In this document: positions 29,910 through 38,838 of the stretch, in pieces
Numbering within the stretch: position 1 is the stretch's first letter
Layout: each line of letters opens with the position of its first letter
Notes under the pieces: generated by a model
Database searches by the model: none
What the model was told of the DNA's origin: nothing
The model's input: only the letters and a program-made list of their open reading frames with translations
NCBI GenBank assembly: GCA_015068765.1
Contig: SVJY01000003.1
Coordinates: forward strand, 1,416-65,415
Direction of reading: 5' to 3'
DNA: 64,000 nucleotides
From: Oscillospiraceae bacterium
GTDB taxonomy: Bacteria > Bacillota > Clostridia > UMGS1883 > UMGS1540
Position numbers and translations under genes: made by a program

Positions 29910-30629
29910 ATGAATATTTTAGCTGTTGGGGCACATCCGGATGACGTTGAAATAAACTGTGCCGGAACCCTTGCAAAATACGCAGCACAGGGCCATAAGA
30001 TTTTTATTTGCACTGCAACAAGCGGCAATGTCGGTTCTGCTACCTTGCCAAAGGATGAAATTGCCAAAATCCGCAAGGCCGAGGCGGCAAAGAGTGCAGC
30101 CATTATCGGTGCTGAGTACATTTGCCTTGACTATGATGACGAGCTTTTTTATGAGGATAGAGAGGTTCGCATCAAATTTATCAATATGGTACGTCATTGC
30201 AAGCCGGATGTTATTTTCGTCAATAACCTTAAGGATTATAATCCTGACCACGAGCTTACAGGGAAGATTATAACCGATATTCAGGTTATGTATCCAATTG
30301 CAAAGATTAAAACAGAAGAGCCCCCGTGCGACATTTTTCCGGTCGTTTACTATTACGAGCCGGCAAAAGGCCTTAATTTTATCCCGACCGATTATGTAGA
30401 CATTACCGACTTTTATGAAACAAAGCGACAGATGCTATTATGCCATGAAAGCCAGAAGCTTTGGATGGCTGATAACTATGCAGGCTTTACCGATGGCGAT
30501 GACGCATTTACAGACAGCATCAGAATTATGTCTGAATATCGCGGAATGCAGTGCGGTGTCAAATACGCAGAAGGTTTCGTAAAAGCAAACGACGGCTACA
30601 AAGTTCGTCCGGGCTCCTTATTACCGTAA
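29910..30629 (+). CDS. PIG-L/LmbE-family N-acetyl-sugar deacetylase
   Basis: AHPDDVE zinc motif (ILAVGAHPDDVEINCAG), plus a later HELTG and CHESQ. Confidence 0.85.
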   Translation: MNILAVGAHPDDVEINCAGTLAKYAAQGHKIFICTATSGNVGSATLPKDEIAKIRKAEAAKSAAIIGAEYICLDYDDELFYEDREVRIKFINMVRHCKPDVIFVNNLKDYNPDHELTGKIITDIQVMYPIAKIKTEEPPCDIFPVVYYYEPAKGLNFIPTDYVDITDFYETKRQMLLCHESQKLWMADNYAGFTDGDDAFTDSIRIMSEYRGMQCGVKYAEGFVKANDGYKVRPGSLLP

Positions 30630-30635
30630 AAATTC

Positions 30636-30674
30636 GGGGGTGTAAAATGATTTTTGATAATTATTTTACACCCC
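30636..30674 (+). terminator. Hairpin terminator after the PIG-L gene, built from inverted GGGGGTGTAAAAT units
   Basis: gggggtgtaaaat (13-nt loop) attttacacccc, followed by tttgttttg. Confidence 0.6.
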
Positions 30675-30716
30675 TTTGTTTTGTTAGTTTCAAACCCCCT
30701 TTTTTCTGTAAAATTC

Positions 30717-30745
30717 TTGCTTTTTCCGGGCGACTGTGTTAAAAT
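30717..30745 (+). promoter_or_regulatory. Predicted promoter of the small-ORF (toxin-like) mRNA
   Basis: TTGCTT (30717-30722), 17 bp, extended -10 TGtTAAAAT (30737-30745). Confidence 0.5.
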
Positions 30746-30844
30746 ACCATTGTTGGAGAAATCCAGCCTGATATCGGGCAAGTTCGAGGGCGGTTAGCCA
30801 CCTTTTTATTCTGCTGTTATCAAGCAGGGATTGGGGGTGGTTTT

Positions 30845-30913
30845 ATGGGAAACGAATACATAATTTATTTTATGATTATTCTGTTACTTCTTGTAATAAC
30901 CATAAAAAAATAA
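30845..30913 (+). CDS. 22-codon hydrophobic peptide, type-I-toxin-like
   Basis: Below the ORF-track size cutoff. ATG 30845 follows a G-rich SD (gggggtgg). The peptide is MGNEYIIYFMIILLLLVITIKK: one TM helix and a C-terminal KK. The stop sits at the foot of a bidirectional terminator. Confidence 0.5.
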   Translation: MGNEYIIYFMIILLLLVITIKK

Positions 30914-30987
30914 CTGCCCCGGTCGAATGGAAGCAGTTATTTTAACTTAACCTTCGGCTAACCGCTTTGCGGTCTTGCCCTTTATCT
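30903..30987 (-). ncRNA. Predicted ~85-nt convergent antisense sRNA (antitoxin-like)
   Basis: A perfect consensus promoter on the minus strand (see next feature). The transcript would run through ggctaaccgc.../gggcaag... into hairpin taactgc/gcagtta (30911-30939) and a T7 run. It overlaps the last codons and the 3' UTR of the small ORF. Confidence 0.5.
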
Positions 30988-30993
30988 GTTTAT

Positions 30994-31022
30994 ATTATAC
31001 TCTAAATATTTCCTTTTGTCAA
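30994..31022 (-). promoter_or_regulatory. Consensus sigma-A promoter firing leftwards
   Basis: The minus strand reads TTGACA (31022-31017), a 17-bp spacer aaaggaaatatttagag, and TATAAT (30999-30994). Confidence 0.65.
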
Positions 31023-31124
31023 TAAAAATTAAGAAAAAAGCTATGCAAACGAAAAAATCGTCTGTATGGCCTTTTTATAGAAAGTCCTTTATAGGCCTGT
31101 TTTTTTGAAAACTGTCACTGTGGT

Positions 31125-31357
31125 GCTTTTTACATCCCCTTTTGGGGATAGGAAAAATGGATGCGGAACGGTCTATCCGAATCCGAAGCTGTACATTGGT
31201 ACTGCGAGAGGTTCGGATGGGCCGTAGCAAAAAATGAATTCCATTAAAAAGAAAAACCCTCTTGGGGTTTTTCCACCCATGTTCCTTACGGCAAACACGG
31301 ATTATCTATTGATCTTTTCCTATTCTTTTTTGCGGTCGGCGCCATTTTTACATCCCC
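31125..31357 (-). repeat. REP/MITE-like repeat, composite copy C (homologous to 50511-50671)
   Basis: gctttttacatcccc-tttt-ggggataggaaaaatgg at the left. At the right, ...ccatgttccttacggcaaacacgg...cttttttgcggtcggcgccatttttacatcccc abuts the LacI-family stop codon. Module-by-module similarity to copy B, but with a different internal hairpin (aaaaaccctcttggggttttt). Confidence 0.65.
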
Positions 31358-32361
31358 TATTCTTTTAGAGTATAGACGGAATCCCGTTCTATCAGTGTCA
31401 TGGGAAGAAGGCGACTCTCCGGATTTTTCCCCCGGATTTTCTGCAAGAGCATATCCGTTGCCATTGCTCCCATTTCCACCTTATCGATACCGATGGTGGT
31501 AAGCTTCGGCTCGATATACCGGGAAAGCAGAATATCGTCAATCCCGATAAAGGAAACATCCCGTGGGAGCGAAAGCGCTAAATCCTTAGCACAAAGCATG
31601 GCACCGATTGCAAAGCTGTCCACGGTGCAGACGATGGCGGTAGGCCTGTCCTCTCTGCTAAGAAGATTTCGGGCCGCTCTGTAGGCCGTCTCCTCGCCCG
31701 TGGCCGTCATGCCGCAAAACGCCGGATTTATGGGAAGGGAATGGGTCTTCATGGTTTCCTTGAAGCCGGCTAAGGTCTGTGTATAAAAATCGGGAACGGT
31801 TTCCGAGGTAATAATGGCAATTTTTTCATGGCCGCGCCGAATAAGATATTCTGTAGCATCCTCGGTTGCCCTCCGGTAATCCGGTGCCACAGAGGGGATT
31901 TTGTCCCCGCCCAAATGGGAGTCCACCACCACGCAGGGGATGCCGCAGGCAATGGCCTTGTCCATAAGCTTTGGCGGGACATCCTGCATGAAGATGATGC
32001 CGTCTGTGTCTCCCGAATACACGATGTCGGGAAGCTCCGTCCGGGAGGCAGGCAAATTGGCTATGGTAATCGTATATCCGTATTTCTGGCTTTGGCTTAA
32101 AATCCCTCTTGTGACCTCAAAATAGAAAAGGTCTTCAAAGGGAGAGGAAAAGGCATTCACCATAAGACAAATATTAAAGCTCTTATTCATCAGTAGCTTT
32201 TTGGAGTTGAGATTTGGCCTAAACCCGGTTTCATCAATGATTTTTTGCACCCGTTTCCGGGTTTCATCACTCACGCCGGGCTTGTTATTCAGAACAAAGG
32301 AAACCGCAGTGACAGACACCTCTGCCATTTTGGCAATTTCCTTTACGGTCAGCTTCTTCAC
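31357..32361 (-). CDS. LacI/GalR-family transcriptional regulator
   Basis: HTH LTVKEIAKMAEVSVTAVSFVLNN plus a periplasmic-binding-protein-like core. I prefer the GTG start at 32361 after gggggtgag. The track start at 32406 is possible. Confidence 0.85.
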   Translation of the reverse strand: MKKLTVKEIAKMAEVSVTAVSFVLNNKPGVSDETRKRVQKIIDETGFRPNLNSKKLLMNKSFNICLMVNAFSSPFEDLFYFEVTRGILSQSQKYGYTITIANLPASRTELPDIVYSGDTDGIIFMQDVPPKLMDKAIACGIPCVVVDSHLGGDKIPSVAPDYRRATEDATEYLIRRGHEKIAIITSETVPDFYTQTLAGFKETMKTHSLPINPAFCGMTATGEETAYRAARNLLSREDRPTAIVCTVDSFAIGAMLCAKDLALSLPRDVSFIGIDDILLSRYIEPKLTTIGIDKVEMGAMATDMLLQKIRGKNPESRLLPMTLIERDSVYTLKE

Positions 32362-32500
32362 GCTCTCACCCCCAGATATAAATTTAGTCACTAAAAAATT
32401 ATACACGAAACGAGAATGAAATGCAAGGCTTTGGGCTTTGTTTTTTGAAAATAATCCTAATTTTCTTATCCTTGCGGATAAGCTATCGGGAGGAAAAATA

Positions 32501-33424
32501 ATGCTGGTAAGAGAAATTCAGTACAAAAATTTCGGCAAATGTCTTGAAATTCGTAACGATACCGTAAAAATTCTGGTCACCCTTGATTTCGGTCCCCGGA
32601 TTCTCCGCTACTCGTTTTTAGAGGGAGAAAATATGTTCTTTGAGGATGGGGACAGGACGTTTCGGGAATTGAATCCGGGAATGGAAGCCCTTTTTGGGAA
32701 GGGAAAGCCCTGGATACTGTACGGCGGGCACCGGCTCTGGAAAAGCCCGGAGGACATGACGAAAACCTATTATCCGGACAATAACCCTGTGGCCTTTGCC
32801 TTGACGGAAAACGGGGCTCTGTTCACACCCCCTGTCCAGGAGGAGACAGGATACGGATATGCCATCGGCATAACGCTCGGGGAAACAGGAAGCGGCGTTA
32901 CGGTGGAGCATCGGTTTACTAACTACGGGGAGAAGCCCGCAGAGCTTTCCCTCTGGCCCATTACGGTGTTGCCGCCGGAGGGCATAGAGATTGTCCCCCA
33001 GCCCACAAGAAAGACCGGGGCGATACCGAAAATGCGGTTAGCGTTCTGGGATTATGCAAAAATGACCGATCCTCGGCTCTCCTGGCTTGACCGCTATATT
33101 CTTTTGCGGCAGGACCCAAAGGCGGAGGGCAGGATGAAGTTCGGCATCAATAACGAGCATGGCTTTGCCCTGTATTTTCACCATGGCGAGCTGTTCGTAA
33201 AGATGTTTGACCCGGTTATAGGCGGTCGGTATCCCGATGGGGGAATGTGCTTTGAAACCTATACAAACCCCCTGTTTTTGGAAATGGAAACCTTAGGGGA
33301 GCTGAAAACCGTGGCAGTAGGGGAAACGATAACCCATACCGAACGGTGGGCCCTTTATCGAGAAGCCGTACCGGCCCCAACCGACGAGGCCATCGACAGT
33401 ATCAGAAAAACCTATGTAGAATAG
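32501..33424 (+). CDS. Hypothetical protein (possibly mutarotase-like beta-sandwich)
   Basis: ATG 32501 follows a gggagg RBS. No motif I can name with confidence. Confidence 0.55.
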   Translation: MLVREIQYKNFGKCLEIRNDTVKILVTLDFGPRILRYSFLEGENMFFEDGDRTFRELNPGMEALFGKGKPWILYGGHRLWKSPEDMTKTYYPDNNPVAFALTENGALFTPPVQEETGYGYAIGITLGETGSGVTVEHRFTNYGEKPAELSLWPITVLPPEGIEIVPQPTRKTGAIPKMRLAFWDYAKMTDPRLSWLDRYILLRQDPKAEGRMKFGINNEHGFALYFHHGELFVKMFDPVIGGRYPDGGMCFETYTNPLFLEMETLGELKTVAVGETITHTERWALYREAVPAPTDEAIDSIRKTYVE

Positions 33425-33526
33425 GTCTGTATTTCTTGCATGTCTGCCTTTTTTGTGCTATACTGTACATATGCTGAAATTTTATCGCCGCGTCTTTTAT
33501 TTGTCGAAAAAGAAAGGAGCATACAC

Positions 33527-34708
33527 ATGCATATACCGACGTATCAAACCTGTGCAGGGCTTTCTCTGCCGCCAAAATCCGTTGTAAAGGGCGAAACGCT
33601 GCATATTATCCATAACACCCTTGCGGATGAGGTGCATGCTTATGCGGCAGAGCTGGAGAGCTGTGGATTTACAAAATATGACGGGAGGGAGCTTCCCGCA
33701 GGGACAGAAAAGTCCCGGAATCTTTTTTATACATATATACGGGAGGATGCACACATTTTCCTCTTTTTTGCCGCCGCCCTTCGGATGGTGCTGATCTCCG
33801 TCGCTACCCCCGGTGCCTTGCCGGCGGCAGTCCCTCCGCCGTATCAAAAGCGAACCCCGGTGTCGGTGACCCAGTGCAGCATAAAAAGCGGGATGTGCCA
33901 TGCTGTGCAGACGGCGGATGGCAGCTTTATTCTCATGGACGGGGGCGTATATTATAAAGAGGATGCGGAAGGGCTGTATACCTTCCTTCGGGAAAAAACC
34001 CCGGCCGGGGAAAAGCCACGCATCGCCCTCTGGCTGTTTTCCCACCAGGATGTGGACCACGTACAGCTGGCAACGGAATTTATGCGTACATACAGAGAAC
34101 AGGTAGAGGTCGCCGCCGTGGCATACCAGTTCCCGGACCTTGACACCGTACCGTTTTCCTTCCAGGACACGGAAGAGGCAAAGGCGGATGCGGCAGCCTT
34201 GGCATGCAGCATCCGGCAAAATTACCCGGATGCCGTGTTCTACCCACTGCACACGGGACAGGTGTACCGGTTTCCGGAGGTAGAAGTGGAAATCCTCTGG
34301 ACGAGCGATTTACTGTTTCCCCATGCCTTTATGACCGCAAACTGTGCAAGTGCGGCATGGCGGATGCGGTTTGCCGGTGGCAAAACTGCCCTTTTCCTGG
34401 GAGACTGTATGCACGATGCCTGCCGCAGAATCGCCTATACCTACGGCGATTATATGAAGAGCGATATTTTCCAGGTGACCCACCACGGTCTCCTTGGCGG
34501 CGACAAGGGACTGTACCAGCTGATTGACCCGGCCATCTGCCTGTGGGCTACGTCCGAGGCACGGTTTTCGGGCACCTTGGCGGGACAGAAATACCAGTGG
34601 TGTCTCGGCGAAGGGGAATGTGACTATAATGCTTGGATTCGGGACGAAGCCGTGCGAAAAAGAGAGCATTACCATAACGGGGAGACGGTCACGCTGTGCT
34701 GTGAGTAA
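33527..34708 (+). CDS. MBL-fold hydrolase, ComEC-C-terminal-like
   Basis: ATG 33527 follows aaaggag. HxDxDH-type motif (FSHQDVDHV), a later GDCMHD, and VTHHG. Confidence 0.6.
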   Translation: MHIPTYQTCAGLSLPPKSVVKGETLHIIHNTLADEVHAYAAELESCGFTKYDGRELPAGTEKSRNLFYTYIREDAHIFLFFAAALRMVLISVATPGALPAAVPPPYQKRTPVSVTQCSIKSGMCHAVQTADGSFILMDGGVYYKEDAEGLYTFLREKTPAGEKPRIALWLFSHQDVDHVQLATEFMRTYREQVEVAAVAYQFPDLDTVPFSFQDTEEAKADAAALACSIRQNYPDAVFYPLHTGQVYRFPEVEVEILWTSDLLFPHAFMTANCASAAWRMRFAGGKTALFLGDCMHDACRRIAYTYGDYMKSDIFQVTHHGLLGGDKGLYQLIDPAICLWATSEARFSGTLAGQKYQWCLGEGECDYNAWIRDEAVRKREHYHNGETVTLCCE

Positions 34709-34732
34709 CATTCTCCCGACAGGAGGGAAGCC

Positions 34733-35545
34733 ATGCATTCTGAAAATACAAATTTGAGTGATTTAGTAAACGGGCTGGGTGTTATTTATGCCGGCGAGCA
34801 GGTCTGTCCGCCGGGGCACAGCTATGGTCCCTGTGCCCGGCACTACTATCTTCTCCATTATATCATAGAAGGCTGTGGCATTTTTGAAACGCAGGGCACC
34901 CGGTATGCCCTTTCTGCCGGGGATGTCTTTTTGATTCGCCCGGAGGAAATCACCTATTACGAGGCTGATCGGGATCGGCCGTGGCACTATGTATGGATTG
35001 GGCTTTCCGGCATGGATGCCGGGAATATCTTTGCGTCCATTTCTGCCCTAAGCCCTGTGCTCCATGTGGAAAACCGAGACGAAATCACGCCCTTGATGCG
35101 CGCCTTTGCCCAAAGCGGCAACTGCCGCACAAGCCGGGAACGGTTTGCCCGGCTGGGGAAGCTTTACGAAATTCTGTCCTATCTGGCGGCAGGAACGCCG
35201 GATTATGTGCACCGTTCCAGCGGCAGAATCTATGCGGAGGAGGCGGCGATGTTCATTCACGCAAACCTAAGCCGCCGCATTTCGGTAGCGGAGCTGGCAC
35301 GGCAGATTGCCATTGACCGAAGCTATCTGTGTGCGGTGTTCAAAAAGTATATGGGCCTGTCGCCCCAGCAGTATGCCATTGACCTAAAAATGAAAAGCGC
35401 AGCCAATATGCTGCGCAGCTCCGATAAATCGGTTTCCGATATTGCCGCTTCTGTGGGCTATGCGGATTCGCTTTTGTTCTCCCGTATGTTCCGGGAAAAA
35501 TTCGGACGGTCTCCCCGGCAGTACCGGGCAGAGCTTACAGAGTGA
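34733..35545 (+). CDS. AraC-family transcriptional regulator (cupin + HTH)
   Basis: N-terminal cupin-like region. C-terminal AraC HTH (SVAELARQIAIDRSYLCAVFKKYMGLSPQQY...FSRMFREKFGRSPRQYR). Confidence 0.88.
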   Translation: MHSENTNLSDLVNGLGVIYAGEQVCPPGHSYGPCARHYYLLHYIIEGCGIFETQGTRYALSAGDVFLIRPEEITYYEADRDRPWHYVWIGLSGMDAGNIFASISALSPVLHVENRDEITPLMRAFAQSGNCRTSRERFARLGKLYEILSYLAAGTPDYVHRSSGRIYAEEAAMFIHANLSRRISVAELARQIAIDRSYLCAVFKKYMGLSPQQYAIDLKMKSAANMLRSSDKSVSDIAASVGYADSLLFSRMFREKFGRSPRQYRAELTE

Positions 35546-36110
35546 GGGCGTCCAAGGTTTTTCCGTAGCCGTCCATAAAGGAAGAAAAGAACAGCTGTAC
35601 CTCTTCTACGCCGCACCCGTCCAGTGCGGCTTTTATCGTTTCTCTCGCGGCAGAAAATTCCCGGTTGCCGCTTTTTTCCTCTTCGATGCACTTGATATAG
35701 GCGGAAAGCTTATCTGCCGCCTTCACAAGGCGAAGTGCCTCATTCTTTTCCGGGGAGAGAAGCGGGGAAAATGCCGGCTGCAGCTCCTTTGGAAGCATGG
35801 ACAATAGCTTTTTCTCCGTCTCCGCCTCCATGGCCTTATAGGCAGAGGAGAGGTGGGGATTTTTATATTTTACGGGGGTGGGCATATCGCCGGTGATAAT
35901 CTCCGTGGCATCATGGTACAGGGCAATTAGAGCACACTGTGCCGGGTCATAGCTTTTTCCGAGATACGTATTGCCCAGTACCGCCAGGGCATGGGCAAGC
36001 ATTGCCACCTCCAGCGTATGCTCGCTTAAGGTCTCCCGGCGGGTGGAACGCATCAGTGCCCACCGGTCAATATATTTCATTCTGGATAAAAGGGCAAAAA
36101 AATTACTCAT
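35535..36110 (-). CDS. HD-domain 5'-deoxynucleotidase (YfbR-like)
   Basis: Start at MSNFFALLSRMKYIDRWALMR. HD motif ..SEHTLEVAMLAHAL...YHDATEIITGD. The 3' end overlaps the convergent AraC gene by 11 nt. Confidence 0.8.
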   Translation of the reverse strand: MSNFFALLSRMKYIDRWALMRSTRRETLSEHTLEVAMLAHALAVLGNTYLGKSYDPAQCALIALYHDATEIITGDMPTPVKYKNPHLSSAYKAMEAETEKKLLSMLPKELQPAFSPLLSPEKNEALRLVKAADKLSAYIKCIEEEKSGNREFSAARETIKAALDGCGVEEVQLFFSSFMDGYGKTLDALTL

Positions 36111-36120
36111 AGGATTCTCC

Positions 36121-37014
36121 TTACAGTAGGTCTTCGGGAAGGGTGAAGCACTTGCCGCAAAGCCCGTCCAGCACGCCGCCGTCCGGCAGAAAGGCAAATT
36201 CCACCTTCCACGCACAAAGAGCCTGTCCGCTGCCGCCGCTGCCGTATTTGGGGTCGCCCAGGAGGGGACAGCCTATGGACGCCATATGCACGCGAATCTG
36301 GTGGGAACGCCCGGACAGGAGCTCCGCCTCCACAAGGCTATGCTTTCCGTCCGAGGATAGCGTGCGGTACGCCGTCACCGCCGCCTTTCCCCCTTCGCCG
36401 ATATGGCTGATATTTTCCTTTTCGTTTTTTATGAGTGCGGCGGAAATCCGGCCTTCCCGGGGCTCCGGCACGCCCTCCACCCGGCAAAGATACAGCTTCC
36501 GCACAAGGCGAAGCCGGATTTTCTCATTCATTGCCCGCAGTGCCGGCAACGTTTTCGCACCGATGACAATGCCGCGGGTGTTAAAGTCCAGCCGGTTACA
36601 AAGTGCCGGCATAAAGGTGTTCTCCCCGCCGGGTACAAAGACACCGGTCCGGTACAGATGCCATAAAAATCGGTCCACAAGCGTATCGGACGTGTGGGTT
36701 TTATCCGGCTGTGTGGCCACGCCGGGCGGCTTATATAAAAGGGCGATTTCCTCGTCCTCATATAAAACGGTTACAGGGGAAGCGGCAGGCGGTGCCGTCG
36801 TTTTGGTTTCCAGCAGGGTATCATCCCCGAAATACTTGATTTCATCGCCCTCTGAAAGCCGCATTTCCGGCTTTGGCTTTTTCCCGTTAATTTTAATTTT
36901 TCCGGTACGGATGTATTTATAGATAAGACTTTTCGGTGCAGAGGGCATCAGCCGGGTAAAAAACGCATCGACCCGGCGACCTGCATCATTTTGTCCGGCA
37001 ACAAATACTCTCAT
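36121..37014 (-). CDS. RluA-family pseudouridine synthase
   Basis: S4-like N-terminus, catalytic NRLDFNTRG, and C-terminal HQIRVHMASIGCPLLGDPKYG. Confidence 0.88.
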   Translation of the reverse strand: MRVFVAGQNDAGRRVDAFFTRLMPSAPKSLIYKYIRTGKIKINGKKPKPEMRLSEGDEIKYFGDDTLLETKTTAPPAASPVTVLYEDEEIALLYKPPGVATQPDKTHTSDTLVDRFLWHLYRTGVFVPGGENTFMPALCNRLDFNTRGIVIGAKTLPALRAMNEKIRLRLVRKLYLCRVEGVPEPREGRISAALIKNEKENISHIGEGGKAAVTAYRTLSSDGKHSLVEAELLSGRSHQIRVHMASIGCPLLGDPKYGSGGSGQALCAWKVEFAFLPDGGVLDGLCGKCFTLPEDLL

Positions 37015-37808
37015 TGCGGCGGAATATGGCCCACGCCCGGCAGAATGTAGGTGGGACGGTAGGAAGCCTCGGCAAGCTCTTTTTCACCGGTTACGCCGCT
37101 GAGCACCAGCACCGTGTCAATTTCCGTCTGGATACCGGAGAGGATATCGGTGTCCATTCTGTCGCCTACAATGGCGGTCTCCTCCCGTCTTGTGCCCAGC
37201 TTCTTCATGGCGTGCCGCATAATAATGGGGTTAGGCTTGCCGATGAAATAGGCACTTCGTCCCGTTGCCAGCTCAATGGGGGCCACGAGCGCCCGGCACG
37301 CAGGGAGAATCCCCCGTTCGGACGGGCCTGTAAGGTCCGTATTCGTGCCGATGAGCTTCGCACCTGCCAGCACCAGATGAATGGCGTGCTCAATTTTTTC
37401 AATATTGTAGGAACGGCTTTCTCCTACTACCACATAGTCGGGATTATAGTCGTTCATGGAAATGCCTGCATCATATAAAGCACCGGTAAGCCCCGGCTCG
37501 CCGATGACATATGCACTGCCGCCGGGACACTGGCTGGCAAGGAAGGAAGCGGTTGCCAGTGCACTGGTGTAGAAGTGGGACGGGTCAATATCAAGACCGA
37601 GCCGTGCAAGCTTCTGGGAAAGCTCGCGAGGCGAACGCTCACTGCTGTTTGTTAAAAAAAGAAAGTTCTTTTTTTCCTTATGAATCCAGTCGAGGAACTT
37701 GTCCACGCCCTCCAAAAGCTTAGAGCCGTGGTAAATCACACCGTCCATGTCACAGATAAACCCGCTTTTTTGGTGCAGGGCTTCCAGATTTTTGGATATT
37801 TCGATCAT
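37011..37808 (-). CDS. HAD-superfamily subfamily IIA hydrolase (NagD-like sugar phosphatase)
   Basis: Start at MIEISKN after aaaggaaa. DMDGVIYHG motif I, LTNSS motif II, GDRMDTDILSG motif IV. Confidence 0.85.
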   Translation of the reverse strand: MIEISKNLEALHQKSGFICDMDGVIYHGSKLLEGVDKFLDWIHKEKKNFLFLTNSSERSPRELSQKLARLGLDIDPSHFYTSALATASFLASQCPGGSAYVIGEPGLTGALYDAGISMNDYNPDYVVVGESRSYNIEKIEHAIHLVLAGAKLIGTNTDLTGPSERGILPACRALVAPIELATGRSAYFIGKPNPIIMRHAMKKLGTRREETAIVGDRMDTDILSGIQTEIDTVLVLSGVTGEKELAEASYRPTYILPGVGHIPPQ

Positions 37809-37836
37809 CGTTTTTTTCCTTTCTCTTCGGCAAATG

Positions 37837-38838
37837 TTATAGCGCCACCCATTTTTCTCCGTCGGAAAGGGCGGGCACTTCTCCACGCCGAAGCTGTAGT
37901 TTTATGCCGTATTTTTCGGTGATATATAAAAAATTTTCCCGCTTATGTCCCAAAACAAGGGAGGTCAGTCGCTCCGGGCAGAAGACCGTGAGTTCCCGGC
38001 CGCCGAGGGTATTCGCCGCCGTCTCCAGCCTGTTTCGCCAAAGCCGGGCACGGACCATCTCGCCCATCGCCGGGTGATAGGCCCCGGCCGCCGCACAGCC
38101 GCCTAGAGTCTCCGTTTCCTGGAGGCCGATGCGAATGACCTGCACGCCGCCTTCCTCTAAAACGGCAAGGCATGCCGCCGCTCTCTCTACGGTCTCCTCC
38201 ATGGAGGGGGGTGTATATTCCCCGGACAAAAATTGGGAATACAGATCTGTATCAAAAAAAACAACGGTGGGATAAATCCGGGCATCGGATGCCCCCAGTG
38301 CCACAAACTGCCGTGCCGTTTCCATCTCGTCCGCCGGGGTGGATGCCGGAAGGCCCGTCATCATCTGCAAGCCCAGCCTTAATCCGCCGGAAAGAATATG
38401 TGCACACGCCGCTACCGTATCCGCCGCCGTGTGTCCCCGGTTTGCCGCCCGGAGCACCCTGTCACACATGGACTGTGCCCCCAGCTCTACGGTTTTCACG
38501 CCGTAAGCCTTTAAGAAGGCAACCGTTTCCTTGTCCACATAATCGGGACGGGTGGAAATACGAAGGCTTTCCGCCTCGCCGCTTTTTAGAAAGGGCTGCA
38601 CGCTTTCGAGATACGCCGCCTGCTTTGCCTTGGGAATCCCCGTAAAGCTACCGCCGAAGAAGGCGATTTCCGCTATACGGTCGCCACGGGTGGCAAGCTG
38701 TTTTTTTATGGAAAAAGCGACGCTTTCGGGAGAAGGCGCCGCCTGTACATTCGTGACTGACTTCTGGCTGCAAAAAGCACAGTTATGCGGACAGCCCAGA
38801 TGGGGAATAAAGATAGGAACGTTCATGTGGGCCTTCAT
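37837..38838 (-). CDS. Radical SAM protein (Elp3/MiaB-like fold)
   Basis: CPHNCAFC (CX3CX2C) lies 15 residues from start [10 protein letters not shown]. The start overlaps the rnc stop (ATGA). Confidence 0.8.
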   Translation of the reverse strand: MKAHMNVPIFIPHLGCPHNCAFCSQKSVTNVQAAPSPESVAFSIKKQLATRGDRIAEIAFFGGSFTGIPKAKQAAYLESVQPFLKSGEAESLRISTRPDYVDKETVAFLKAYGVKTVELGAQSMCDRVLRAANRGHTAADTVAACAHILSGGLRLGLQMMTGLPASTPADEMETARQFVALGASDARIYPTVVFFDTDLYSQFLSGEYTPPSMEETVERAAACLAVLEEGGVQVIRIGLQETETLGGCAAAGAYHPAMGEMVRARLWRNRLETAANTLGGRELTVFCPERLTSLVLGHKRENFLYITEKYGIKLQLRRGEVPALSDGEKWVAL

